DNA of 64,000 bases from Caulobacteraceae bacterium. Its GTDB lineage: Bacteria > Pseudomonadota > Alphaproteobacteria > Caulobacterales > Caulobacteraceae. The stretch is taken from contig JBIIZD010000002.1 in NCBI GenBank assembly GCA_044346445.1, positions 549 through 64,548 of the forward strand, in the 5' to 3' direction. The translations under genes were made by a program, and so were the position numbers. Numbering within the stretch: position 1 is the first letter of the stretch; each line of letters begins with the position of its first letter. This document shows, one piece after another, positions 1 to 9,591 of this stretch. The notes below the pieces were generated by a model. It worked only from the letters and a program-made list of their open reading frames with translations, had not been told where the DNA came from and did no database searches.

Positions 1-520
1 TCTCCACGATTTCCAGCAGAGCCGGATCGATTAGACGGTCACTTCTGGAAGACTGCCGCGGGCATTAACGCTCAAGGTTGTATAGCTTTCTGCCGTCATG
101 GATATGGAACGCTGCACAGCCCACTCATCGTTCTGTTCGAGCCGGATGGCACCGTGATTTCTTCGATGAACAATTTGCTCAAGAACAATGCCGGGTTTGA
201 TCTCAAGCAGCTGTTCATCGGCACCGAAGGCACGCTGGGAATCGTTACGCGCGGTGTTGCCGTTGTTTCCCCAACAGCCAGACCGCCAGACCGCCTTGAT
301 CGCGCTCGGCGGGTTCGACCAGGTGGTAATCGCGCGCGGCAGTGTGCCTGTGGTGCGCTTGGTCCGGGTTGAGCCGCTTGGACGACGGAAGTTTGGGACG
401 CTCAAGGGCAAGATGGCCATGGATGCGCGGTTCGATGAATCCTTGCCCGAGGACGAGCTAGGCTGGACTTCCCGGCGAGGGCGCAGGGGGGTGAGGGGGT
501 GGAAAGGCGGCGGAAGGTAG
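1..520 (+). pseudogene. FAD-linked oxidase (GlcD / D-lactate dehydrogenase family) fragment, frameshifted and 3'-truncated
   Basis: Frame 1 is open from base 1 and reads ..VLFEPDGTVISSMNNLLKNNAGFDLKQLFIGTEGTLGIVTR, the K..AG(Y/F)DL..LF.G(S/T)EGTLG signature. The family-like continuation VLPLFPQQPDRQTALIALGGFDQVV lies in frame 2 after about nt 250, implying a 1-nt frameshift. The frame ends before the convergent GNAT gene, leaving no room for the C-terminal domain. Confidence 0.5.
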
Positions 521-535
521 TGGGCGGGGAAGCGC

Positions 536-1033
536 CTAAACCGTCCGCATCAGATAGCGCACGGTCTTTTTGCCGCCATCGAGGCTGGCCTCGCCTATGG
601 GCTCGAACCCCAGTTTTTCATGAAACGCATCCGATGCCAGATTCGGTGGGTCGGAATTGACTTCGCAGACTATGCGTGTGTGCCCGGCCTTGGCGGCGGC
701 TTCAAACAGGGCAGCATAGAACTGGCCCGCTAGGCCACGGCCCCGCGCATGGCCGGCAACCACGACCCGGTCAACATAGACAAACCGCTCATAGCGCGCC
801 TTGAGCCACAGGAAGTTGGGGCTGTCATAGGCTGCGTCCTGATCAAAGGTCAGCAAAAATCCGTCGTCCTCGCCGACTTGACGGGCCAGGAATGCCATGG
901 CCACCATATGCGCAAACCGCTCTGGCTCCAGCCAGGACAGCTCAACCGCATGGGCATTGTTCAGTGCTAAAAGAGCCGGGGACGGCTCTAGCGGTCGGAG
1001 AAGCTCGTCCATGTCGCCCTGTGCGCTAATCAT
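536..1033 (-). CDS. GNAT family N-acetyltransferase
   Basis: 165-aa ORF with an acetyl-CoA binding-type motif (VVVAGHARGRGLAGQFY) and GNAT-like length and architecture. Confidence 0.7.
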   Translation of the reverse strand: MISAQGDMDELLRPLEPSPALLALNNAHAVELSWLEPERFAHMVAMAFLARQVGEDDGFLLTFDQDAAYDSPNFLWLKARYERFVYVDRVVVAGHARGRGLAGQFYAALFEAAAKAGHTRIVCEVNSDPPNLASDAFHEKLGFEPIGEASLDGGKKTVRYLMRTV

Positions 1034-1051
1034 TGATCCAAAATCGTGCTT

Positions 1052-1600
1052 CTAAGGAACCTTTATCACCTCGACCTGATCAAGGGTTAGCTTGTTAGGT
1101 CCAGTCCTTGGCTCATTATACCCGTCAATGGCTAACCTCGCCCATCCGGCAAGATTGTCGATGACGACCTTATCTTCTGGAGTTTTCATGAAAATGGACA
1201 GGGTGTTATGTTTAGAGCAATCATAGTCTCTCGTTTTCTTTGTGCAGGCTGTGTGTATTATTCCCAGCGCGATAATACGGCCGTTCGGCTCTAGAACGGC
1301 GGCACCTTTCTCGAAACAACTATGATGCCGACAGGCCGTGAAGCGATAACGACTTCCAATGCGCGTCACATCATCCGAGGGTCCGCCAAGCACTTCCATG
1401 AGTTGAACGGCGACCGTAGCGTCCCAACCCAAATAATCGGCCTGACGAGTTCCGACGAACCTGTTTAGGGCCCTTTGGAAGGGTTTATCCCAGACCAACT
1501 GATTGGCACCTGAGCAGGCTTCTAATCGGTGCAGCGTACAGCCCGCTATATCCGCCTGTGCGGTCGCCATCATGGACATGGCTGCGAGCAAAGCGATCAT
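1052..1600 (-). CDS. hypothetical exported Cys-containing protein
   Basis: 182-aa ORF with an N-terminal signal peptide (MIALLAAMSMMATAQA) and 7 Cys in the mature part. The region is visibly lower in GC than its neighbours. No family recognised. Confidence 0.5.
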   Translation of the reverse strand: MIALLAAMSMMATAQADIAGCTLHRLEACSGANQLVWDKPFQRALNRFVGTRQADYLGWDATVAVQLMEVLGGPSDDVTRIGSRYRFTACRHHSCFEKGAAVLEPNGRIIALGIIHTACTKKTRDYDCSKHNTLSIFMKTPEDKVVIDNLAGWARLAIDGYNEPRTGPNKLTLDQVEVIKVP

Positions 1601-1735
1601 AAGCAGAATACCTTAACCCCGATTGATGGTTTAGGATATACTCTATCTGCTGTGCCTCAAAAAGAAAACATTAACCTATGATGGAATGGCCGGGTGAGTT
1701 TCCTGTCCAGATCAGCCTAAAACGCTCCCCTCACC

Positions 1736-4504
1736 CTAAACCAGCGACCCGTGACAGTGCTTGAACTTTTTGCCGGAGCCGCAGGGGCAGGGGCTGTTGC
1801 GGGCGGTGCGTTCCCAGCCGGTGGGCAGGGCGCTCATCGGCAGGGCGGCGCGCTGTTCAGGCGTCAGGCCGTCTGGGATGACGCCGCCAAAGCGTTCGTT
1901 CTCGCCGGTCTCGGGGTTCATATGCACCTCGATCAGGCCAGCCGAGGGTGGCTTGGCCGGAGCGGGGTCCTGATACTGGAACTCGACCGTCATCAGCCAA
2001 CGCGTCGTATTCATGCGCAGATCGCCGAGCAGTTTTTCAAACAGCGAGAAGGCTTCGGTCTTGTATTCGTTCAAGGGATCGCGCTGACCATAGCCGCGCA
2101 GGCCGATCACATTGCGCAAATGATCCAGATGCATCAGGTGCTCGCGCCATTGCAAATCGATCATCTGGAGCAGGAAGTTCTTTTCCAGACCGCGCATCTG
2201 CTCATCGCCAATCTGGCTCAAGCGTTCGGCGGCGCGGGTATCGGCGGCGGCCTGGATGCGGGCCAGCATTTCCTCATTGGCAATGCCGTCCTCGGCTGCC
2301 CAGTCGCGCAGTGGCAGGCTGAGGCCCAGTATGGTCTCGATCCGCTCTTCCAGCCCATCAATGTCCCATTTTTCGGCATAGGCCTTGGGCGGCAGGTGGC
2401 GATAGACCAGGTCCTCAATGGTGTCGTGACGCATTTCGGTGATGATGTCCGAAAGGTCGGTCGCCTCCATGAATTCCTGGCGTTGCTCGAACACGGCCTT
2501 GCGCTGGTCATTGACCACATCATCGTATTTGAGCAGGTTTTTGCGGATTTCGAAATTGCGCTGCTCGACGCGGCGCTGGGCCGTGGCAATGGCGCTATTG
2601 AGCCATTTATGGGTAATGGCCTCGCCTTCCTGAACGCCAAAGGTGCGCATGATGGAATCGAGCCGCTCGCCAGCAAAGATGCGCAACAGGTCGTCTTCGC
2701 AAGACAGGAAGAATTTGGACGTACCAGGGTCGCCCTGACGGCCGGTACGGCCGCGCAGCTGGTTATCAATGCGGCGGCTCTCGTGCCGCTCGGTGCCCAG
2801 AACGAACAGACCGCCTGCGGCCAAGGCCTTTTCGCGGCGATCGGCAATATCGGCCTCGATAATCTTGGATTGTTCGGCTTCCAGCTCTGGCGTGACCTCA
2901 ATGCCCATGCCGCGCTGCTGCTGACGCCAGGCGGTCATGCGCATGTCCAGATTGCCGCCGAGCTGAATATCGGTGCCGCGGCCAGCCATATTGGTGGCAA
3001 TGGTCACAGAGCCGGGCGAGCCGGCATCGGCAACGATCAGGGCCTCTTGCTCGTGATAACGCGCATTGAGCACATTGTGCGGAATCCCGTTCAGGGTCTT
3101 GCCGTCCAGCTCAAACTTGTGAAGCTTTAAAAGCTCCGACAGGGTTTCGGACTTTTCGATGGATACTGTACCCACCAGAACCGGCTGGCCTCGGCGATAA
3201 CAGTCCTCGATCTGGAGCAGGATGGAGGCGTTCTTTTCGCGCTCTGTGCGATAGACCTCGTCGTCAATATCAATCCGGCAGACAGGTCGGTTGGTCGGGA
3301 TCTCGGTCACTTCCATCTTATAGATGTCGTGGAATTCCGAGGCCTCGGTCGCGGCCGTGCCCGTCATGCCGGAAAGCTTGGAATAGAGGCGGAAATAGTT
3401 CTGGATGGTCACAGAGGCCAGGGTCTGGTTCTCGGGCTGGATGTCCGCGCCTTCCTTGGCCTCGATGGCCTGGTGCAGACCTTCGGAAAGCCGCCGACCC
3501 GTCATCATGCGACCGGTAAATTCGTCGATCAGGATCACCTCGCCGCCCTTGACGATATAATCCTTGTCGCGCTGATAAAGCTTGTTGGCGCGCATGGCCT
3601 GATTGATGTGGTGCACGGCCGAAATATTGGCCGGGTCATACAGGCCCGCTGAATCCTCGACCAGATGGCCAGCATCCATCAGCATTTGCTCGACCTTTTC
3701 CGAACCGTATTCGGTCAGAAGGATCTGGCGCTGCTTTTCGTCCAGATCAAAGGTTTCTTCGTCTTTCAGCATCTCCTTCACCACACCATCAATGATGCGA
3801 TAGAATTCAGAGCGATCCTCGGTCGGGCCGGAAATGATCAAGGGGGTGCGGGCCTCGTCGATCAAGATGGAGTCCACCTCATCGACGATACAGAAGTGAT
3901 GGCCGCGCTGGACCATTTCCTCGGTCGTATAGACCAGATTGTCGCGCAGATAGTCGAAGCCGAACTCGTTATTGGTGCCATAGGTGATGTCGCTGCGATA
4001 GGCGCGCTGGCGATCGCCCTGGCTTAGGCCATTGACGATCACACCGACCGACAGGCCCAAGAACTTATAGACCTTGCCCATCCATTCGGAGTCGCGCGCG
4101 GCCAGATAGTCATTGACCGTGATGACGTGCACGCCCTTGCCGGACAGGGCGTTGAGATAGGTTGGGGCCGTGGCGACCAGGGTCTTGCCCTCGCCGGTGC
4201 GCATTTCGGAAATGCCGCCCTGGTGCAAGACCATGCCGCCGACCAACTGGACATCATAGTGGCGCTGCCCCAGTGTGCGGCGAGACGCCTCGCGCACGGC
4301 GGCAAAGGCCTCGTTCATAATGTCATCAAGCGTCGCGCCCTTGGCCAGGCGGTCCTTGAATTCCTGGGTCTTGCCGCGCAGGGCCTCATCGCTCAAGGCC
4401 ATATAGGCTGGCTCAAGGGCGTTGATGAGCAGGGCACGGGCCCGGAAGGACTTGACCGTGCGGTCATTGGGAGAGCCGAAAAGCTTTTTAGCGAAGCCGA
4501 GCAT
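1736..4504 (-). CDS. secA: preprotein translocase ATPase SecA
   Basis: 922 aa. It carries DEAD-like motor motifs ([40 protein letters not shown]) and the C-terminal zinc-binding tail [14 protein letters not shown]. Confidence 0.97.
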   Translation of the reverse strand: MLGFAKKLFGSPNDRTVKSFRARALLINALEPAYMALSDEALRGKTQEFKDRLAKGATLDDIMNEAFAAVREASRRTLGQRHYDVQLVGGMVLHQGGISEMRTGEGKTLVATAPTYLNALSGKGVHVITVNDYLAARDSEWMGKVYKFLGLSVGVIVNGLSQGDRQRAYRSDITYGTNNEFGFDYLRDNLVYTTEEMVQRGHHFCIVDEVDSILIDEARTPLIISGPTEDRSEFYRIIDGVVKEMLKDEETFDLDEKQRQILLTEYGSEKVEQMLMDAGHLVEDSAGLYDPANISAVHHINQAMRANKLYQRDKDYIVKGGEVILIDEFTGRMMTGRRLSEGLHQAIEAKEGADIQPENQTLASVTIQNYFRLYSKLSGMTGTAATEASEFHDIYKMEVTEIPTNRPVCRIDIDDEVYRTEREKNASILLQIEDCYRRGQPVLVGTVSIEKSETLSELLKLHKFELDGKTLNGIPHNVLNARYHEQEALIVADAGSPGSVTIATNMAGRGTDIQLGGNLDMRMTAWRQQQRGMGIEVTPELEAEQSKIIEADIADRREKALAAGGLFVLGTERHESRRIDNQLRGRTGRQGDPGTSKFFLSCEDDLLRIFAGERLDSIMRTFGVQEGEAITHKWLNSAIATAQRRVEQRNFEIRKNLLKYDDVVNDQRKAVFEQRQEFMEATDLSDIITEMRHDTIEDLVYRHLPPKAYAEKWDIDGLEERIETILGLSLPLRDWAAEDGIANEEMLARIQAAADTRAAERLSQIGDEQMRGLEKNFLLQMIDLQWREHLMHLDHLRNVIGLRGYGQRDPLNEYKTEAFSLFEKLLGDLRMNTTRWLMTVEFQYQDPAPAKPPSAGLIEVHMNPETGENERFGGVIPDGLTPEQRAALPMSALPTGWERTARNSPCPCGSGKKFKHCHGSLV

Positions 4505-4716
4505 GAACTGGTCCGATGGTCGCGAGGAAAGCGCACGGGGGAGGCCGTGACGCCCTTAGGTCTAGCATGTTAAGCTCCGCAGCCTTAACGCCTGATAATC
4601 CGGACACCGGACCATGGGCGAAAAACTCCTCGACTTGCACGCGCGCGAGACTTAAGCACCGACCTTGTTCGTGTCAACGTAACGGCTTTTTCTTTTCCTG
4701 ACGGGAGTCTGGTCTG

Positions 4717-5700
4717 ATGCGCCCCAGCCAAGGTTTCGGCCTTACCAAATTCCTTTGTCTGGGCGCGGTTTTACTGGCCTTGAGCGCTTGCGGGCCCGGC
4801 AAGATTGATGACAAGCCGCCAGAGCGCGGCGATGTGGCTGCGGCCCGGGTTGGTAACCAGACCATCTGGGCTTCCGACGTCAAGCGTGAAGCCATCTCTC
4901 AAGGCCTGATCGGCCAGGGCGAGCCCTTGGACATCTCGTCTGACCTGTTTCGGCGGGTGCTGGACGAGGTGATCGACCAAAAACTGCTGGCGGCCGAGGC
5001 GCGCAAGCGCAAGCTCGATACCAGTCCCTTGGCCCAGCGGCGGTTGGCCGCAGCCCAAGAGCGGGTGCTCGGCGATCTGTTGGTCGAGCAATCGGTCGAA
5101 AAGGCGGTCAATGAAAGCGCGATCCGCTCGCTCTATCAAGACCAACTCAAACAGGCCCGCCAGTCCGAAGAATTCCGCGCCCGCCAGATTGTCGTGGCCA
5201 GCCAGGCTGAGGCTGAGTCTGTGCGCAAATTACTCGCCGCCGGGGCCTCGTTCGAAGCCTTGGCCATGGAGCGCTCGATTGATTCGGCGACGCGCTTTAA
5301 TGGCGGCGATCTGGGGTATTTTACCGCTGACGTCATGCCAGAAGTCTATGTCACAGCCTTGAAATCGGCCACTTCTGGTGCGGTTGTTGGGCCGATCAAG
5401 ACCGATACCGGTTATGCGGTGCTGAAGGTGGAGGACCGTCGCCCCGAAGAGCCGATCACGCTTGAGGCGGCCCGCCCGCAGATTGTGCGCTTCCTGACCT
5501 ATGATCAGGTCCGCGAATTGCTGGAGAGTCTGCGCAAGAGTGCCAAGATCCAGACCCTGATCGGCCCACCCCTCGATGTGCCAGGCGCGCCGTCTGAACC
5601 GGCCTCAGCCCCGCCAGAGGCCCCAGCGACCGCGCCCGCGCCAGTGCCCGCGCCAGTGCCCGCGCCCGCGCCAGCCGCCAAGCCGGGCAAACCCTCATGA
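4717..5700 (+). CDS. parvulin-type peptidyl-prolyl cis-trans isomerase (SurA/PpiD-like), lipoprotein-like N-terminus, Pro/Ala-rich tail
   Basis: Signal/lipobox LLALSAC. Parvulin core FRARQIVV...GGDLGYF...GYAVLKVEDRR. C-terminal APAPVPAPVPAPAPAA tail encoded by short tandem DNA repeats. Confidence 0.85.
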   Translation: MRPSQGFGLTKFLCLGAVLLALSACGPGKIDDKPPERGDVAAARVGNQTIWASDVKREAISQGLIGQGEPLDISSDLFRRVLDEVIDQKLLAAEARKRKLDTSPLAQRRLAAAQERVLGDLLVEQSVEKAVNESAIRSLYQDQLKQARQSEEFRARQIVVASQAEAESVRKLLAAGASFEALAMERSIDSATRFNGGDLGYFTADVMPEVYVTALKSATSGAVVGPIKTDTGYAVLKVEDRRPEEPITLEAARPQIVRFLTYDQVRELLESLRKSAKIQTLIGPPLDVPGAPSEPASAPPEAPATAPAPVPAPVPAPAPAAKPGKPS

Positions 5701-7028
5701 GCGGGGTCTTTGTCCTACAAAGGTTTTTGGATGGTGCAGCGCGGCTCTTGAGTCCGGTGCGAGCCAGTGATGGGCCGGGCAAGCCGGGCCTGTTGGTCTC
5801 GCCCCTGGCTGTGCCGTTTCCGAACATACTGCCAATCGAAGGCGTTGAGATCGCGATTGGCCGGGCGGGTTATTATAAACATCAGCGCGATGACGTCCTG
5901 GTCATGCGCTTTGCTGAAGGCACGACCTGCGCCGGTGTGTTTACCCGTCATGCGGTGGGCTCGGCACCGGTGGACTGGTGCAAGCGCCAGCTTGAGGCCT
6001 CGGGCGGCGAGGATATCCGCGCCCTGGTGGTCAATGCCGGCTGTGCCAATGCCTTTACCGGCAAGCCAGGTGCCGATGCGGCCCGGCGCGTGGCCTCGGC
6101 CGTAGCAAAGCGGCTGGATATTCGCCAGCGCGATATCATGCTGGCCTCGACAGGGGTGATCGGGGTGGTGCTGGACGATGCCAAGCTCACCGCCCGCCTG
6201 CCAGAGCTTGAGGCCGAACTGGACGGCGGGCAAAGGACCTGGGCCAATGCGGCCCAGGCGATCATGACCACCGACACCTTTGCCAAGGGCGCTTTTGCCA
6301 CGGCCATGATCGAGGGCGTGCCCGTGCGCATCGCCGGGATCACCAAGGGCTCTGGCATGATTGCGCCGGACATGGCCACCATGCTGGCCTTTATTGCCAC
6401 CGATGCCGCCATAGCGCCCGCCGCCCTGCAGGCCCTGGTCAGCCTCTATACCCGCACCACCTTTAACGGGGTTACGGTCGATGGGGATACCTCGACCAAT
6501 GATACCTGCCTGCTGTTTGCCACGGGCAAGGCCGGTGCGCCCAGGATTGCCCGGGCCGGGGATCGCAGACTGGCCGATTTTCGCGAAAAGCTGGAACAGG
6601 TCATGCTCGATCTGGCGCTGCAACTCGTGCGCGACGGCGAGGGGGCCAGCAAGTTTGTCAAGATCACGGTCAATGGCGCCCAGTCGCCCGCCTCGGCGCG
6701 CAAGATTGCCAAGACGGTGGCCGAATCGCCCCTGGTCAAGACCGCCTTTGCCGGAGAAGACGCCAATTGGGGCCGGATTGTCATGGCCGTTGGCCGCGCC
6801 GATGAGCCAATCAATCGCGCGCGTCTGGGCATAAGGTTTGGCGATCTGATTGCTGCGGTCGATGGCGCGGTCTCGCCCGGCTATGACGAGGCGGCCATGA
6901 GCGCCTATATGAAAAACGCCGAGCTCGAGGTCAGTGTCGATGTCGGGGTCGGCCGGTCCAGCGCCTCGGTCTGGACCTGTGACCTGACCAAGCGGTATAT
7001 CGAGATCAATGGCGATTACAGAAGCTAA
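5697..7028 (+). CDS. argJ: bifunctional glutamate N-acetyltransferase / amino-acid acetyltransferase ArgJ
   Basis: Motifs ITKGSGMIAPDMATML (autoprocessing T) and DGDTSTNDT, ending YIEINGDYRS. The ATG overlaps the upstream stop (ATGA). The true start could be slightly downstream, since the first ~30 aa are not family-like. Confidence 0.9.
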   Translation: MSGVFVLQRFLDGAARLLSPVRASDGPGKPGLLVSPLAVPFPNILPIEGVEIAIGRAGYYKHQRDDVLVMRFAEGTTCAGVFTRHAVGSAPVDWCKRQLEASGGEDIRALVVNAGCANAFTGKPGADAARRVASAVAKRLDIRQRDIMLASTGVIGVVLDDAKLTARLPELEAELDGGQRTWANAAQAIMTTDTFAKGAFATAMIEGVPVRIAGITKGSGMIAPDMATMLAFIATDAAIAPAALQALVSLYTRTTFNGVTVDGDTSTNDTCLLFATGKAGAPRIARAGDRRLADFREKLEQVMLDLALQLVRDGEGASKFVKITVNGAQSPASARKIAKTVAESPLVKTAFAGEDANWGRIVMAVGRADEPINRARLGIRFGDLIAAVDGAVSPGYDEAAMSAYMKNAELEVSVDVGVGRSSASVWTCDLTKRYIEINGDYRS

Positions 7029-7434
7029 GCCCGCCCTGCCTTTGGTTCTGGTCGTGGCCTGCGCCCTGGTCGATACAGACGGCCGGGTGCTGATCTGCAA
7101 GCGCCCCGAAGGCAAGGCGCTAGCGGGCCTTTGGGAATTTCCCGGCGGCAAGGTCGAGCCGGGCGAGGGGCCAGAAGCGGCCCTGATCCGCGAAATGCAC
7201 GAAGAACTGGGCATTACGATTACCGCCAGTTGCCTGGCCCCATTCGTATTTGCCTCACACAGCTATGAGACCTTTCACCTTCTGATGCCGCTTTATCTGT
7301 GTCGGCGCTGGGAGGGGGTGGTGGTGGCCAAGGAACATGCGGCGCTCGCCTGGGTCAAACCCAACGCCCTCAGCACCTATGCCATGCCCCCCGCAGACGC
7401 GCCACTGGTCGCCTATCTGCGCGATTTTTTGTAG
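7009..7434 (+). CDS. mutT: NUDIX hydrolase, MutT-like 8-oxo-dGTP diphosphatase
   Basis: Nudix box GLWEFPGGKVEPGEGPEAALIREMHEELGI. 141 aa. Overlaps the argJ 3' end by 20 nt. Confidence 0.85.
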   Translation: MAITEAKPALPLVLVVACALVDTDGRVLICKRPEGKALAGLWEFPGGKVEPGEGPEAALIREMHEELGITITASCLAPFVFASHSYETFHLLMPLYLCRRWEGVVVAKEHAALAWVKPNALSTYAMPPADAPLVAYLRDFL

Positions 7435-7455
7435 ATTACTGAGGCTCAGGGGGTC

Positions 7456-7692
7456 TTGCTCGCTCCCAAGCCAGTTCAAGCCTGCGCCGTGCTGGAGGCC
7501 TGGTGGCGAGACCATAACGCACTGCAGCCACACTCGAAGCTCGGCTGGATGACACCGAGGGCCTATGCCAGCGCCTTATCCGCACAAACCCGCGACCGCG
7601 CTGCGCAGCCTAGAGGTGCCGCTGGGACGCCTCTTGCCAAACACACCAATGAAGGGTCAACTTACGGTAGGGCTCTCGTTGTGGTGGGGTGA
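7456..7692 (+). pseudogene. IS3-family transposase (OrfB / rve integrase core) C-terminal remnant
   Basis: The only recognisable part is ..VLEAWWRDHNALQPHSKLGWMTPRAYA.., matching the W..YN..RPHS.LG..TP..(F/Y) tail of DDE rve transposases. The catalytic core is missing, and the fragment begins right after the mutT stop. Confidence 0.6.
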
Positions 7693-7723
7693 GATATGGG
7701 GGTCAGGTCAATTGGTGCCAGAT
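7691..7723. repeat. left inverted repeat of the retron cassette (IS-end-like GGGGGTCAGGTCA)
   Basis: gagatatgggggtcaggtcaattggtgccagat aligns with the reverse complement of 9803-9835 (gagtttcagggggtcatgtcaatggtcgcagct). About 26 of 34 positions match with 2 single-nt indels. A third partial copy, gggggtgacgtca, lies at 7728-7740. Confidence 0.6.
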
Positions 7724-7796
7724 TTTTGGGGGTGACGTCACACGGCAGCCTCCGTTGCTCGGTCCTATTACTCCGCTTTAGTCTGTACAAACTTAG

Positions 7797-9569
7797 TTAG
7801 TTTGGCGGACTATAATGCTCGAGAACCGCGTTGATGCTTTCCAGAATGGGGGCGAACCCAGTCCAGTTCAAACTGGCAGCCTCCGGACGAATTATCCTCT
7901 CAGCGAAAATATGTTTTCCAAACTCTTTCGTTATATCGAGTTTATTTGGGTTGAATGTTTTTCCATTCAATTGTTTTACCCGTATCGCATGATCGAACAT
8001 GTCTTCAATGCAGGTTTTGATTTGTTTTCCAACATGTGGGGTCTTCACCACATAGAGGTTGTCAGTAATGTGGTAAAAATTCTCTTTCGATTCAACAGTG
8101 ATGTTTTTTTTATAATTTTCTTTAATGCAAAGAAATAGTTTCGTTGCTCCGTCGTCATTGTCGAGAAGAATTATAACTGGGTGCAGCTGTGGCCTGTGAC
8201 CAAACCCGAGCATGTGCTTATTATAGTCCTTTATGAGAGATTTAAAGTTTCCAGAGCCGCCATTTAACTCTAGGACGGAGCGGGTTTTATTATGATGATT
8301 AAATAATCGGAGCTTATTAACAAAACCATCTGACGTCATATACCCGAGTTTTGGTTGAAATTCAGGAGAGTATTTTATAGCAAGAGATAAATAAACATTG
8401 TCAGTTTTTCCTTCAGTAATTATTAGTGGTTTATCCAGTGTGACAAAATTTTTGTAAAATAGGAATTTGAAGTAGAGATTTCGAAATGCTGTCTTTAATT
8501 TCCGTTTTTTAATTTCATCGCGTGGATCGATCTCATTTTTAACATAGTGAATGTGGGCTAGCCTGCCTGTTAGGGGACCAAGAGATTTTGTAAGAGACTT
8601 ATGCGACAGGGAGGTAGTAGCTATTTCAGGCACCATCTCAACTGCCTCAGATTTCGTAACAACCTCCACGGCTGGTTTCAACAAAGCTCGCGGATGATCA
8701 ATCCAGTATTCCCCCCTCTTGAACAACGCATCGCACATCGCTCGCGTAAAGCGGTAATAATCGGACTGGACATTGACCTTCTGATTGACCGTCAAACCAG
8801 TAACGATCTTGCGAGACATCCCACATTGCATGCGGGTTTTTTCCGGTTTCACGGTAAAATAAGTATCTTTTATCCGCTTAGCTAAATCTGGGCCGAGGTC
8901 CCACTTTCCCGCTACAATCGGATCCTGAATTGCTACCGCTTCGGGGAACGTTTTTTGGTTGGTCGAGAAGGTGATATCGTCCGCATAGCGTGAATATGTA
9001 ATCCTCTCCTTCTTCGCGAGTTGCGCCAAACGAACATCAAGCAAATGGGTGATTAGGTCTGCAATCACTGGTGAGCATGGACTGCCTTGTGGAAGCTGGT
9101 TGTCATAACATGCGATCTGAGCAATGAGCGTTGCCACCTTGTCATTCAATGCGAACGCTCTGTTTTTTATAAAAAATCCCCGCACCCGCCCGAAATTGAA
9201 AGTCGGGAAAAAATCTTTTAGGTCTAGATTGAAGACGTAACGCCTACGCTGATGCGGCTTGGCATTGGTTACTATTGAGTGACCACGACGAAACCCGTGT
9301 GACAACGAAGCGAGACCGCTCTCTCTGTCGATCTCCGCGCGACACGCGTAGAGAAGATTAGCTAGGCGTCGTTGTAATAGTTTCAATTGAGCGGTCGGGG
9401 CGCATATGTCTCGTACACCGCCGTTTTTTTTAGGGATTTGGAAGCGTTCGTACTTTTCGGACGGATCAAGCTTGTAAAGGATGAATGCGAGTGCATCCGG
9501 CCTGTACCCGAGTAAGGCCGATAGGTCTTTAATGTTGGTTGCTGATTTAAGTTTTTTTAGAGAGGACAC
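7797..9569 (-). CDS. retron-type reverse transcriptase fused to a C-terminal Toprim domain (Ec67 / Retron-Eco2-like architecture)
   Basis: 590 aa with a GTG start. RT motifs: NAKPH (aa 102-106), LDLKDFFPTF, LPQGSPCSP, YADD (aa 195-198) and the retron-typical RKIVTGLTVN (VTG, aa 256-258). The C-terminal part has LIITEGKTD (E386) and ILLDNDDG (aa 470-473), the Toprim E and DxD signatures. Confidence 0.88.
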   Translation of the reverse strand: MSSLKKLKSATNIKDLSALLGYRPDALAFILYKLDPSEKYERFQIPKKNGGVRDICAPTAQLKLLQRRLANLLYACRAEIDRESGLASLSHGFRRGHSIVTNAKPHQRRRYVFNLDLKDFFPTFNFGRVRGFFIKNRAFALNDKVATLIAQIACYDNQLPQGSPCSPVIADLITHLLDVRLAQLAKKERITYSRYADDITFSTNQKTFPEAVAIQDPIVAGKWDLGPDLAKRIKDTYFTVKPEKTRMQCGMSRKIVTGLTVNQKVNVQSDYYRFTRAMCDALFKRGEYWIDHPRALLKPAVEVVTKSEAVEMVPEIATTSLSHKSLTKSLGPLTGRLAHIHYVKNEIDPRDEIKKRKLKTAFRNLYFKFLFYKNFVTLDKPLIITEGKTDNVYLSLAIKYSPEFQPKLGYMTSDGFVNKLRLFNHHNKTRSVLELNGGSGNFKSLIKDYNKHMLGFGHRPQLHPVIILLDNDDGATKLFLCIKENYKKNITVESKENFYHITDNLYVVKTPHVGKQIKTCIEDMFDHAIRVKQLNGKTFNPNKLDITKEFGKHIFAERIIRPEAASLNWTGFAPILESINAVLEHYSPPN

Positions 9570-9591
9570 GGAGTTGGTGCCTTACTTTGCA

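Noticed and set aside
31-420. 129-aa minus-strand ORF at the window start
   Set aside because: It is antisense to a segment carrying an unmistakable FAD-oxidase motif on the + strand, and it has no motif of its own.
1751-3130. Long antisense ORFs inside GC-rich genes, for example 1751-3130 (+, 459 aa) in secA, 5715-7214 (-, 499 aa) in argJ, 33059-33889, 47634-48572, 49394-50428 and 20466-21314
   Set aside because: These are typical stop-codon-poor shadow frames of high-GC coding DNA. Their translations are Arg/Ala/Gly/Pro-rich with no motifs, and each is fully overlapped by a gene with strong family signatures.
7797-9569. The RT as a group II intron maturase, DGR RT or Abi-type RT
   Set aside because: There is no maturase X or HNH endonuclease tail and no intron domain V/VI-like RNA. 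No template/variable repeat pair or target gene was seen for a DGR. The NAxxH and VTG motifs plus an a1/a2-flanked upstream ncRNA fit a retron better.
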